NCBI RefSeq assembly: GCF_018350175.1
Contig: NC_058368.1
Location: forward strand, 23,748,001 to 23,812,000
From: Felis catus
Taxonomy: Eukaryota
Direction: 5' to 3'
Length of the DNA: 64,000 nt
Shown here: piece after piece, positions 13,165-24,637 of the stretch
How the letters are laid out: every line of letters starts with the position of its first letter
How positions within the stretch are numbered: the first letter of the stretch is position 1
The notes under the pieces: generated by a model
Databases searched by the model: none
The model's input: the letters and a program-made list of their open reading frames with translations, nothing else
Told to the model about the DNA's origin: nothing
Program-made: the position numbers and the translations under genes

Positions 13165-13817
13165 TGGAGAAACGGGAACCCTCTTGCACTGTTGGTGGGA
13201 ATGCAAATTGGTCCAGCCGCTCTGCAAAGCAGTGTGGAGGTTCCTCAGAAAATTAAAAATAGACCTACCCTATGACCCAGCAATAGCACCGCTAGGGATT
13301 TATCCAAGGGATACAGGAGTACTGATGCATAGGGCCACTTGTACCCCAATGTTCATAGCAGCACTCTCAACAATAGCCAAATTATGGAAAGAGCCGAAAT
13401 GTCCATCAACTGATGAATGGATAAAGAAATTGTGGTTTATATACACAATGGAATACTACGTGGCAATGAGAAAAAATGAAATATGGCCTTTTGTAGCAAC
13501 GTGGATGGAACTGGAGAGTGTGATGCTAAGTGAAATAACCCATACAGAGAAAGACAGATACCATATGATTTCACTCTTATGTGGATCCTGAGAAACTTAA
13601 CAGGAACCCATGGGGGAGGGGAAGGAAAAAAAAAAAGAGGTTAGAGTGGGAGAGAGCCAAAGCATAAGAGACTGTTAAAAACTGAGAACAAACTGAGGGT
13701 TGATGGGGGGTGGGAGGGAGGAGAGGGTGGGTGATGGGTATTGAGGAGGGCACCTTTTGGGATGAGCACTGGGTGTTGTATGGAAACCAATTTGTCAATA
13801 AATTTCATATAAAAAAA
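13165..13817 (+). mobile_element. Young 5'-truncated felid L1 (L1_Fc-like)
   Basis: Uninterrupted ORF2 C-terminus (13184-13591, [12 protein letters not shown]...SLLCGS), G-rich 3' UTR, AATAAA, A-tail; perfect 14-bp TSD aagactactttata at 13151-13164 and 13818-13831. Confidence 0.95.
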
Positions 13818-14135
13818 AAGACTACTTTATAGTACAATTTATATAATAGACTACACCAACAATTGGGTATTTATATTTATATATATTTACATTTATTTAA
13901 ATATAAATAAAGAGTATACCAACAAATGGGATAATCTAAAATAAGTGGATAAATTCCTAAGGGCCTACAATTTACTAAGACAAAGTCATGAAACATTAGA
14001 AAATATGAACAGACCTATTATTAGCAAGAAGAGTGAATTAGTAATTAAAAACTTCCCCCTGCTCCCCCGCAAAAAAAACATGGGGCTGAATGGCTGCACT
14101 GTTGATTCTACCAAACATTTAAAGAAAAATTAACA

Positions 14136-14396
14136 GAAGACCATGGGGGAGGGGAAGGGAAAAAAAAAGTTAGAGATGGAGGGAGCCAAACTATAAGAGA
14201 TTCTTAAAAACTGAGAATACACTGAGGGTTGATGGGGGGTGGAGGGAGGGGAAAGTGGGTGATGGGCATTGAGGAGGGCACCTGTTGGGATGAGCACTGG
14301 GTGTTGTATGGAAACCAATTTGACAATAAACTTCTTATTAAGAAAAATAAAAAATAAAAAAAAACAAAAACAACCAACTCTTAAGGTGAAAAAAAA
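14136..14396 (+). mobile_element. Felid L1 3' UTR-only insertion with extra 3' sequence
   Basis: Matches the 3' UTR at 13605-13810; 16-bp TSD taaagaaaaattaaca at 14120-14135 and 14397-14412. Confidence 0.9.
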
Positions 14397-15937
14397 TAAA
14401 GAAAAATTAACATCAGTCCTTCTCAAACTCATTTGAAAAAATGAAACAGAGGGAACACTTCCAAGATCATTTTATGAGACCAGTGTTATCTTGATACCAA
14501 AGCCAGACAAGATTCTCGAAGAAAATAAAATTACAGACCAATATCCCTGGTGAACACAGATGTAAAAACTCTCAACAAAATACTAGAAAACCAAATTCAA
14601 CAGCACATTAAAAGAATCATACACCATGATCAGTGGGATTTATTCCTAGCACACAAACATGGTTCGACACATACAAATCAATAAATGTATATACCACATG
14701 AACAGAATGAAGTATAAACATCGTACAATCATGTCAATAGATGTAGAAAAACTGAAAAAATTCAGTATCTTTTTGTGATAGAAACTCACAAAATTAGGCA
14801 CAGAAGGGATCTACTTCATTATAATAAATGTCACGTACCACAAGCTTACAGGTAACGTCACACTCAATGTTGAAAAACTCAAAACTTTTCCCCCAAGATC
14901 AGTTACGAGAATGCCCATTCTCACCACTTCTACTCAACACAGGAGTTGAAGTTCTAGTTAGAGCAGTAAGGCATGAAAAGAAATAAAAGGCATTCAGATT
15001 AGAAAGGAAAAAGTAAAACCTGTTTGTAGATGACGTGTTATTTTATATAGAAAACCATAAAGACTCAACTAAAAACTGTTAGGATAAACAAATTCAGTAA
15101 AGTTGCAGGATAACAATATCAACCTACAGATATCAGTTTCCAGGTTGTTTATATGCAGCAACAACAAACTATTGAAACAAGAAATTAAGAAAACAAGCCC
15201 ATTTATGATAGAATCAAAATACTTCAGAATAAATTTAGCCAAGGAGGTAAAGATCTTCACATTGATAAGTATAAAAAACATTGCCAGAAGAAAGTGAAGA
15301 TAACACAATAAAAAGTTATCTGTGTTCAGGGATTGGTGGAATTAATACTGTTGTAATGTTCATACTACCCGAAGTTATCTACTGATCCCACACAAATCCT
15401 ATCAAAATTCCAATGGCATTTTCATGGAAATAGAAAAACAAAAACAAAATTATTTGGAGCCACAAAAAAACACTGTGTAGCAAAAGGAATTTTGAGCAAG
15501 AAGAACAAACTGAAGGGACCACACTTCTTGATTTCAAGATATATTATTAAATTATCATAATTAGAATGGTACTAGCATAAGGACATATAAACCAACAGAA
15601 CATTATAGAAAGCCCAGGAATAATCTCATGTATGTACAGCCAACTAATATTTTGGCAAAGCTGCTAAAGAATGCATAATGGTAGAAAGATGGCCTCATCA
15701 ATAAATGATATTGGGATAACTGAATATTCAGATATAAAAGAATAAAATTGGATGCTTATCTTATACCATATAGAAAAATTATCCTGAAACTGATTAAAGA
15801 CAAACATAAGGCTTTAATTATAAAACTTCAAGAAAAAAACATAAGGAAAAAGTCCCTTGACATTGGTCTTGGCAAGGATTTTTGTTTTTTGATGTGATAC
15901 AGAAATATAAGCAACAAAAACAAAAACAGATGAGTGA

Positions 15938-15994
15938 ACACAATAGAAAGTAAGAATTATTATTAAAAATTAACTTGGTTTCAAAAAAAAAAAA
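15938..15994 (+). pseudogene. Tiny polyadenylated retroposed fragment (micro-retrocopy or orphan transduction)
   Basis: 45 nt not collinear with the host L1, ATTAAA at 15962-15967, poly(A) from 15983, TSD agatgagtga at 15928-15937 and 15995-16004. Confidence 0.65.
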
Positions 15995-16235
15995 AGATGA
16001 GTGAGATGACATCAAACTAAAATCCTCTGCACAGCAAAGGAAATAATCAACAGAGTAAAAAGACAACCTATGGAATGGGAGAAAATATTTGCAAATCGTG
16101 TATTTGATAAGGTATAAATACTTAAAATATATAAAGAACTCATACAACTCAATAGCAAAAAACCCCAAATAATCTAAGTTAAATAATGGGCAGAGGGCTT
16201 GAAAAGACATTTTTCTAAAGAAGATATACTTATGT

Positions 16236-16670
16236 ATACCACATATAAGTGTATTATGCTAAGTGAAGTAAGTTAGAGAAAGACAAATATCAAATGACTT
16301 CACTCATAGGTGGAATTTAAGAAACAAAAAGCTGAACATAGGGGAAGGGAAGGAAAAATAAGATAAAAACAGAGAGGGAGGCAAATGATAAGAGACTCTT
16401 AAAGATAGAGAAAAAACTGACAGTTGCTGGAAGGGAGGTGGGTGAGGAAATGTGCTAAATAGGTGATGGGCATTAGGGAGGGCACTTGTTAGGATGAGCA
16501 CTGGATGTTATACTCAAGTGATGAATCACTGGGGTTCTACTCCCCAAACCAGTACTATACTGTGTGTTAAATAACTTGAATTTAAATAAATAAATTTTTA
16601 AAAATTGGTTGGAAGGAAGGAAGGGAGCGAGGGAGGGAGTGAGTGAGGGAGGAAGGAAGGAAGGAAGGAA
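16236..16670 (+). mobile_element. Carnivore L1 3' end insertion with (GGAA)n-type tail
   Basis: 'tatgctaagtgaagtaagttagag...gatgagcactggatgtt...gaatttaaataaa', then purine repeat 16610-16670; degenerate TSD gaagatatacttatg / gaaggaatacctatg. Confidence 0.82.
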
Positions 16671-16795
16671 TACCTATGGCAACAGGTATATGAAAAATTG
16701 ATCAACATCACTAATCATCAGATAAATATGAATCAAAACCATTATGAGATAGCACCTCACAGGTGTTAGGATAGCTATTATAAAAGATAATAAGT

Positions 16796-17018
16796 GGGGC
16801 GCCTGGGTGGCGCAGTCGGTTAAGCGTCCGACTTCAGCCAGGTCACGATCTCGCGGTCCGTGAGTTCGAGCCCCGCGTCAGGCTCTGGGCTGATGGCTCA
16901 GAGCCTGGAGCTTGTTTCCGATTCTGTGTCTCCCTCTCTCTCTGCCCCTCCCCCGTTCATGCTCTGTCTCTCTCTGTCCCCAAAATAAATAAATGTTGAA
17001 AAAAAAATTAAAAAAAAA
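16796..17018 (+). mobile_element. Young feline SINE (SINEC_Fc-like)
   Basis: ggggcgcctgggtggcgcagtcggttaagcg start with CpGs intact; perfect TSD aaaagataataagt at 16782-16795 and 17019-17032. Confidence 0.97.
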
Positions 17019-17219
17019 AAAAGATAATAAGTACCAGTGAGGATATGGAGAAAAGGGACTCTGGTATACTACTGATGAGAGGTAAACTGATACAGCCAAT
17101 ATGGAAAAGAGTATACAGAAATTCCCCATCTCACAATTTTCCATACCTAAATAGGTAATTATTATTCTAGGTATTTAAAAAACTTTGTGGTTTTTTTTCT
17201 TTATTCTTTAGCTCTCAGT

Positions 17220-17345
17220 GGGATCATCATATACCCTATTGTCTAAATCAGGACATATTTGAGAATGAAAGGACATACTATTAATTATCTGAAGACAACA
17301 GACTCAAACCAGGATAATTCTAGGCAGAGTTGGATATACTGACAT
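17220..17345. mobile_element. hAT MITE, MER81-like
   Basis: 'ttgtctaaatcaggacatatttgagaatgaaaggacatactattaattat' resembles MER81 (hAT-Blackjack) from recall. Confidence 0.45.
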
Positions 17346-18267
17346 GAAGTATACATGGATTATTTGGAACAGTATTTTACATTTACCATGAGCAAATTGC
17401 AATACCATGTCCCATTTTTATAATTAAACATAGGTACCAATATATCGACTTTTTGAGATATTTTATAGTTCAGAATAAGGACAATGCAACTGTTACACAG
17501 GCTTTATTATTAAGCTCTCCACTTATGGTGGGCCCTGGCTTTTCTTCTTCATTCTACAATTTTTGTAGAATCAAAACCAAATCTTTAAAGATTTGTCCAG
17601 TGACCCCATGGAAAAAGCTATCTCTTTCACCATGTTTTCTAGCTCAGATTACTTTAGTCAACAGTACAGTACACTTTTTACTTATTTCATCCAATGTTTT
17701 AGTCAGAAGGGTATTCATTATATTTAGTCTACTATAGCATCTGAAATGGATCTTATAGTTTAACCAACGTGGAAATTAATTTGTCCAAGATTACATAAGT
17801 ACCAAACAGTGAAATCGAAATTAGACACTGCATGTGTTGGGTTTTTTGCTAACCTTTGTTGCCTATTGCTGTCCTGGCTTTTATTCCCGCCAAAATTACA
17901 TGTCTGAGATTGGGCAAAGTGGATTAATTTGCTGAAAGTGGTCTTCCTTCAGTTTCACTACTCTCCTTGGAGAACAATGGGTTCTCAGCCAGACAGGAAG
18001 AAAGTAATAATGTTCCACTTTTGTACTAAAATTCCTCCATGGAAGGGCTCACGAAACTATTTTTAGTTATACTTTGTGAAACATTTCTAAAGTCATAATA
18101 AACCTTTCCTTTTCATTCATACTGTGGGGGGTATGAATTTAGTGTTTTACCTCAATTCTCTCTCAGAGAAATGGATTGGAAATAACGAAAGATTATCTCT
18201 AAATGGCTTTGAGTTTCTTAAAAGGAAATTAGACCTGGAGCTTTCATGACTTCTTTTTGGCTCTAGT

Positions 18268-18484
18268 TTTGTTTTTTTGTTAATGTTTATTTATTTTTGA
18301 GAGCGAGAAAGAGTGTGAGCAGGGGAGGGGCAGAGAGAGAATAAGAGACAGAATCTGAAGCAGGCTCCAGGCACTGAACTGTCTGTCAGCACAGAGCCCA
18401 ATGCGGGGCTCAAACTCATGAGCCGTGAGATCATGACCCGAGCTGAAGTCAGAGGCTTAACCAAAAGAGCCACCTGGACACCCC
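18268..18484 (-). mobile_element. CAN-SINE
   Basis: SINE body reversed; TSD tggctctagt at 18258-18267 and 18485-18494. Confidence 0.93.
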
Positions 18485-18994
18485 TGGCTCTAGTATTTTT
18501 AATTCCATAATGGGAATTCCTATGCACTGGAGTATGGCCAACTTTAATTTTTAATGGTTTATGTTTTGTAACTGAGGTTTTATGACCAATGGATTAGAAA
18601 AGTACTTTCTCAGAGAGAATATAGAACTGTGGTACGTCAAATACAATTTATCCCTGATTTATGTGGTGTCTTTTGTTGTTAACATGTAGTCAAGTTTTTC
18701 TTTGAAGAATCATTTTTGTTTTCCTAGTTCTCAGAAAGCCTAAAACAGTACTGGAAATATATCAGGTATTCCATAAATGCCTGCTGACTCTGGTTAGATT
18801 TGATTTTCAGTTCAGCTACCAAACTAAAACAGATGTCCAGTATCTTGTCTAATCTGTTTTATTCCTATCTTCTTTGCCAGCAAGCTTGACTTCATGAGTC
18901 ATAGGCTTAACTTCATCAGCCCGAAGGCCAGGTTACTTTTTCCAAGATCAATCATTTCCTTTGGGACAGAGATAAAGTGGAAAATTATGACGAA

Positions 18995-19032
18995 GAAAAA
19001 ACTGAAATGGGAGAATGAAACTGAAAATGAAA
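18995..19032 (+). promoter_or_regulatory. Candidate tandem IRF/ISRE elements
   Basis: GAAACTGAAAATGAAA (19017-19032) contains two overlapping GAAANNGAAA cores, plus AAAACTGAAA at 18998-19007; motif match only. Confidence 0.35.
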
Positions 19033-19269
19033 GGGATACAATGGTGTCGAGCTCCATGGGATTGATGTGCAAATCAAAGAAAAGAATATTCCAATTTCCT
19101 GTGTTCAGTTGTAAGCTCAGCTTTTGAAAAATATATTTGATTACTCAGAGTACATAGTCTAATTCTGGAAGCAGCCATAAATTTAGTATATATCAAAAGC
19201 CTAAAAAGTGAGAAAGAAAAATTTAGAGGAAGTTAGAATCTGACAGAAATATAGCAAAATATAAATATA

Positions 19270-19420
19270 GCAAATTGGAATTGGAATTCAGGACACCTCA
19301 GTTGTAATGCTGGCTCTATAGTAAATAACTTCAGTAAGTAACTTCTGAGTCTCTATCCTCTTCTGTGACATAAGTGAATTTGACTCCGGTTTCTTGACTC
19401 CTTTCTTATTTCTAAGGACT
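19270..19420 (+). mobile_element. MIR fragment
   Basis: 'aattggaattcaggacacctcagttgtaatgctggctct...aagtaacttctgagtctct'. Confidence 0.45.
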
Positions 19421-19554
19421 GTGTACCCAGCCTAATACTGAAGCTTATGGATTTCTCTTACATCCTCTCCCCTGTGTTTCCATAGTTCCTTGGGCTTCCT
19501 ACATTTTTTATTCTCCATTAAGGTCCCTGCCAACAATAAAAGTCTATGGTTTTA

Positions 19555-19890
19555 TGTGTCTATGTTCTTTGGCTATAGCTAACAAAACAGATCCAGTTAA
19601 ACAAAACAGGACTTCATTGGGAGGAAATGGAATGACTAAGAAAATCCAAGGAAAGGCTATATAACCAGATTTTAGGAAGAACATCTTTCTCAAATATTTC
19701 ACTCCCAGAAAAGAGATGCTGACTGGCTGAGTTTAGGCCACATGCCCAGGGCAGGTAGAAGAAGAGGCTCTATAATTATCACGCTCCATCAAGACTGAAT
19801 GCAATGGGAAAGTAGAGTATTTCTTCAAAGGAAAAAAGAATGCTCTTAGTGAATGTAGGCTGCACAAGCAAAAACAAAGCTATCTATGCA
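19555..19890. mobile_element. Old MaLR LTR (MLT1K/L-like)
   Basis: 'gctgactggctgagtttaggccacatgccc' and 'ttcttcaaaggaaaaaagaatgctc', typical of late MLT1 LTRs. Confidence 0.45.
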
Positions 19891-22429
19891 GTGATTCCAC
19901 GATTTGGGGTCTATTCCCCTTGGTTTTATAAGTGAATCAACCATTCTGGCTATAATCAGGTTGATGGCATGCATTCTGTGATAGAGGGATAGGTTTACAA
20001 CATGTGCTATTAGCATACAATCCTCTGTAAGGGATGTGAATCCCAGTAAAACATCAGTTTAATGTCTCAGGTTGTCTGTGGTGATATGATGAAAAGTTTA
20101 CTTTGGTGCTTCATCCCATTATAATCTACTAACAATTTTCACACTTGAATGAATCTCCTTGCCTCTACCAACAACAGAGTCAAATAACTCTGAGAACTTG
20201 AACTATAATAGAATCTGACTTTAAGAATTATAAATTGGTCAAAGGAAAGTGAACCTTGCCTATTAGTTTATCTTCTCATTTTTGAAATCACTTATATAAA
20301 CTCACAGCATTTATATATGCAGAGCAAATCTGTCTGAAGGGCTTTGAACACAGAAATTTTATTAATCTGCTTACTTTCTCTAAGAGATAAGTTGGTTGTC
20401 AATAATAACATTAAACTTTACGGGAAATTTTCTAAGACAAAATTCATGAGCATAGAAGAAACTGGTAATTATCCACATTTTAATGGTAATATAGAAAAAT
20501 CTAAGTGTTTACCAGTATAGAAATAATAGCCATCATATGGACTAACTTGTTTGGCTCTTCATTTTCATCTACAAAATAGAAAGCTCATTATTATCATCCT
20601 AATCAAAAACATCTATTGAACACTTTACTGTTTATAGCACTGCTTGGAGCTTGTTAAACAGGAATAATTCTCCCCATTATCACCAAATATTAATATTTAG
20701 CAAGAGACCTCTTTTAGATTTTAAATGAATAATCATAACACTCAGAGCCTACCCAAGCAAATGATCTAGGTTTTATTTTTTTTTCAAGAGGAAAACGGGG
20801 TTCAGGGTGCTAAATTAAAGAGACCTTAAGCCATGCTGATTTATTCATATGTATGCCATCTCTCAGATTTGATTTTTAAACTCTGTGCACCAGCACTGTC
20901 AGTCTTTCAAAAGACAGGCAGGTCAGCAATCACAGCCAATCCTGCTTTTGTTCATATTCTATGCCTCAGAGACACATTCTCCCTTTGTCAGCTTTATGAA
21001 GAATAGAACATAATTTTCATTTGCCTGCTTGGAGGACAATCATTTGACATTCTTTAAGTGAATTTTACCCAAAGGCATAATATTCAAATAGAATTTGACT
21101 TTACAGATAGTTGTATTCATATTAACCACATCCCCAGAATATTTCACAATTCTACGCTAACAGTTTGGCCTCCACGTAAACACAGACTCCACCCCACAGT
21201 GCATTTTCAGAGTGGAAAGTGTGTTCTTGAACTCCCACTGTGTCAAATGGTGAAGATGTACTTAAAACCCCAGCTACCACTTCTATAAATTCAAGGTATC
21301 TCTAACTAGTAGCTGCCATTGGACCAGGAGTACTGAAAACTTTGTTTGGAATGAAAACAATTGTAATATCTATTATTTGGTGACTTAATGGCAGACTTGG
21401 GGCATGTGAAAGAATGCTCTAGGCTGGGCATCATTTTCTGTAACAGAAGGGAATATAGGTATGTTGTCAGTTTCACACAATAGCAACAAAAACAACATTC
21501 TGACCGGCAGGCTGGAGACCTGCTTGAACAGACAATTGGCTGCTTCACACAGAACTCACCATCCTTGGTTGCATTGTCTAAAAAGACAATGACCATATCC
21601 TAAATATGTGTATCTCTAACTTGGTACCGGGGTCCCAACGACTCAGTTTTATAACGTTGTAAAGTTTTACATGGACAGAATTATGGAATCCTGTAACAAC
21701 TGTATCTTCCTGTCTTGTCATAAGCGGGGGTGATGGACAGATATGTTGTAGGATTTCAAGCTCTTCTTTAATGGCATTTCCCTATTTAATTTCCCTTCCC
21801 CTCCACACTCCCCTCATTCTCTTTATATAGCTTGGTGTTCTAGAATTATTTTATAATCTTCCTGCCACCCCTCCTCTTCAAATGAAAAATTTAATAATAT
21901 AGTCTAGGATTAGTTTGATCTTAATCATAAGGCTGATGACTTTGAGAAAGAGTCTAAGAAGTTTTTTTTAACACCTGATGAATAGGCTAATAAAGGGGCT
22001 GGAATATGATAAGTGTTCAATTAATATTTGGTGATTGTTAATTAAAATAGGTAACAATATTTCACTCTTTTAGTAACATGTATATTATATAAATATATAA
22101 CAAAGTGTGAGAGGTTAGGAAATGTAGGTAACTTTCTTGAATGTGGGCACCCACGGCAAACACAAGAGCACATAAATCTAGACATTTGTTATACGTTCAC
22201 TTTTGCTACCTTAGAGGCTTATAACATGTTTGATAATAAGTACTGAAAATTCAGGTTCATAAAATAGAGACATAATCTAAATATTTGGCTGATCAACTAT
22301 GCTGGACTAGAAAATTAAAATTTTGAGACTTTTATAGCAGATGAGTTGGAATAATTAATAAATGACAACAAATTCTGCTATATAATGTTATTGCATAATT
22401 TGCCTCACAAATGTACATCTTTAAATATT

Positions 22430-23030
22430 TTTTAACCTCCTCCTCCAGCTTCATTGAGATAGAATTGATTTTTTGAGATACAATTCTAATATAGTTCAAA
22501 ATCTATCACTTCACATAATTGCATTGTTTTGGGTGTGGGGAGAATATTTAAGATCTATTCTCTTAATGTTCATGTATATAATACAGTATTGTTAACTATA
22601 ATTACCATGCTGTATGTTATGTCCCGGAACGTATTCATCTTATAATTGGAAGTTTAATCTTTTTTTTTAACTTTATTTATTCTGAGAGAGACAGAGACAG
22701 TATGAGTGGTGAGGGGCAGAGAGAGAGAATCCCAAGAAGGTTTTGCACTGTCAGCACAGAGCCCGATGTGGGGTTTGATCCCACAAAGTTGTGAGATCAT
22801 GACCTGAGCCGAAACCAAGAGTTGGACGCTTAATCCACTGAGCTAACCAGGCACCCCTGGAAGTTCGTACTCTTTAACCAACATTTTCCCCATTTATTCA
22901 CCCCTCACACCCTGGCAACCACCACTTTTTCTGTTTCTATGGATTTGGACTTTTTTATTTTTAGATTTCACCTACGACTGAGATCATACAGTATTTATCT
23001 TTTTCAGCCTGCCTTACTTCATAAGTAATC
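22430..23030 (-). mobile_element. L1 3' UTR fragment (L1MA9-like), split by a SINE
   Basis: 'ttaagatctattctctt...atacagtattgttaactataattaccatgctgta' and 'ccctggcaaccaccac'. Confidence 0.75.
22655..22857 (-). mobile_element. CAN-SINE
   Basis: SINE body reversed; TSD tggaagtt at 22647-22654 and 22858-22865. Confidence 0.92.
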
Positions 23031-23929
23031 TAAATGTGTTTAAAACAAGTGATTTAGATAATTTTGGAATTTGAAACTTCAGAGTTTTTCTAGGTAAAAT
23101 TATGGACCATCACTGAATATCTAGATCAGTTCCCAATAAGGTAAAATAATGAAACATTTCTGAACACAGGCTTGTCCATTTTGGACTGATTACAGAGAAA
23201 CTTAAGATATTAGTAAACATGTTCTGTGCCACAGTGAAAAAGTGACTATGAGAAAAAAATATAATTCCAGACGTTTTGAATCTGTTTTTAATGTTTTTAT
23301 TCCACTTACAGTTAATAAAATTATGGATATTTGGTTTATACCTATAATCTTGCTATTTAATATTTGGCCTATGTACTTTTTAGTCAGTTGTTTAAGCCTT
23401 CTTTTATCTTAACCAAGAAGTTTTTTTTCTTTTCCATTTTATTTCACTATTGCCTTACTGGTTGTGTTGGAGGTCCCCCAAGACATGCTAGGTTTGGTGA
23501 TTTGCTAGGAAAACTCATAGGACTCACCATATAGCAATGATCATAGCTATGATTTAGTACAGTGAAGGGATACAACATAAAATTGGCAAAGGCAAAAGAC
23601 AGAGTGAAGTCTGAAGACAGGGCAAGTCCTTTCTTAGTGGAGTCACATAAAAGGCATTTAATTCTTCCAGCAATGAAATGTGACATCACAAGCAAAACAC
23701 CATCTACCACAGAAGTTCTTTAGAGTCTCAGTACCCAAGGGTTTTACTGGGATCAGGTTATACAGGCACCTTCTGCCTAGTGTGTGCCAAAAGTCCAGGT
23801 CTCTATAAAAAAGGCAAATGTTCAGTATAAACCATGTTTTCACACTTAGGGAACAGTGGGAGCCTCAACAAAATCCAAGTTCCAAGACAAGCCAAGGGCC
23901 AACCTTGAAAGCAGGATTTTATGAGGGAA

Positions 23930-24637
23930 TGTAGGAGTGCTGGCAACAGTGACTTCATCTTTGGCCTTCCATCTTGTTCATGCCCACACAATGACCTCCC
24001 TCAGGGCCACATGTTCCAGGTCCCATGGAGGTTAATGCAGGCCCTGATCAGAATGTGGGAAGGCTCGTTCTTATTTTCCCTGAAGTGGTGCACGAAGGTA
24101 CCATTTTATTTTTGTTAAAGTTTATTTATTTATTTTGAGATAGAGAAAGAGAGAGCACGAGCAAGAGAGGGACAGAGGGTAAGAGAATCCCAAGCAGGCT
24201 CTGTGCTATCAGCAGAGAGCTTGATGTGGAGTTTGAACCCATGAACCATGAGATCATGACCTGAGCTGAAATCAAGAGTTGGGAGCTTAACTCACTCAGC
24301 CACCCAGGTGCCCCACAAAAGGTGCTGCTTTAAATAACTAGTAGAGATTCTCTGGTTCACAGATGGCCCCACATTAGAAAACAGCCCCTGGTGGGGCTGT
24401 CACACCATCATGCCCCTCACTCTATAATAGCCAGAGATTAAGTTCCTAATGTGACAGAGGATGGGAGATAGAGAATAGCTGTGTACCTTCTGGATCATCT
24501 GTCTGCCAAGATACCCCATCAATGAGTTACCTTAAATAAAATTCTATGTAAATAGAGTATGGAGTGGCTTGCTTCATTTTTCAGTTTTCAAGTACCTTCT
24601 CAGTCTGGGGGATACATTACTCCCGCACCTTGTAGCA
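23930..24637 (+). mobile_element. Unidentified solo LTR nested in the MER21-like LTR
   Basis: TG...CA termini with imperfect inverted repeat (tgtaggagtgc / gcaccttgtagca), 5-bp TSD gggaa/gagaa, TATA-like tataat at 24423, AATAAA at 24535-24540. Confidence 0.65.
24106..24314 (-). mobile_element. CAN-SINE nested in LTR
   Basis: SINE body reversed, ending 'cacccaggtgcccc'; degenerate TSD. Confidence 0.92.

Larger units (their letters stand above)
12300..17125 (+). mobile_element. Degenerate L1 ORF2 (end of endonuclease to near C-terminus) hosting multiple nested insertions
   Basis: Collinear ORF2 landmarks: 'gaatacacattcttctcaagc', 'ttacagaccaatatccctggtgaac', RT core 'tttgtagatgacgtg' ~15023, 'tgagatagcacctcac' ~16745. 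Confidence 0.88.

Noticed and set aside
13705..13738. G-quadruplex-capable tract
   Set aside because: Standard G-rich tract of L1 3' UTRs, also seen at ~14234 and ~37456.
16796..16880. tRNA-like A/B boxes at SINE 5' ends
   Set aside because: These are the tRNA-derived heads of CAN-SINEs, not tRNA genes.
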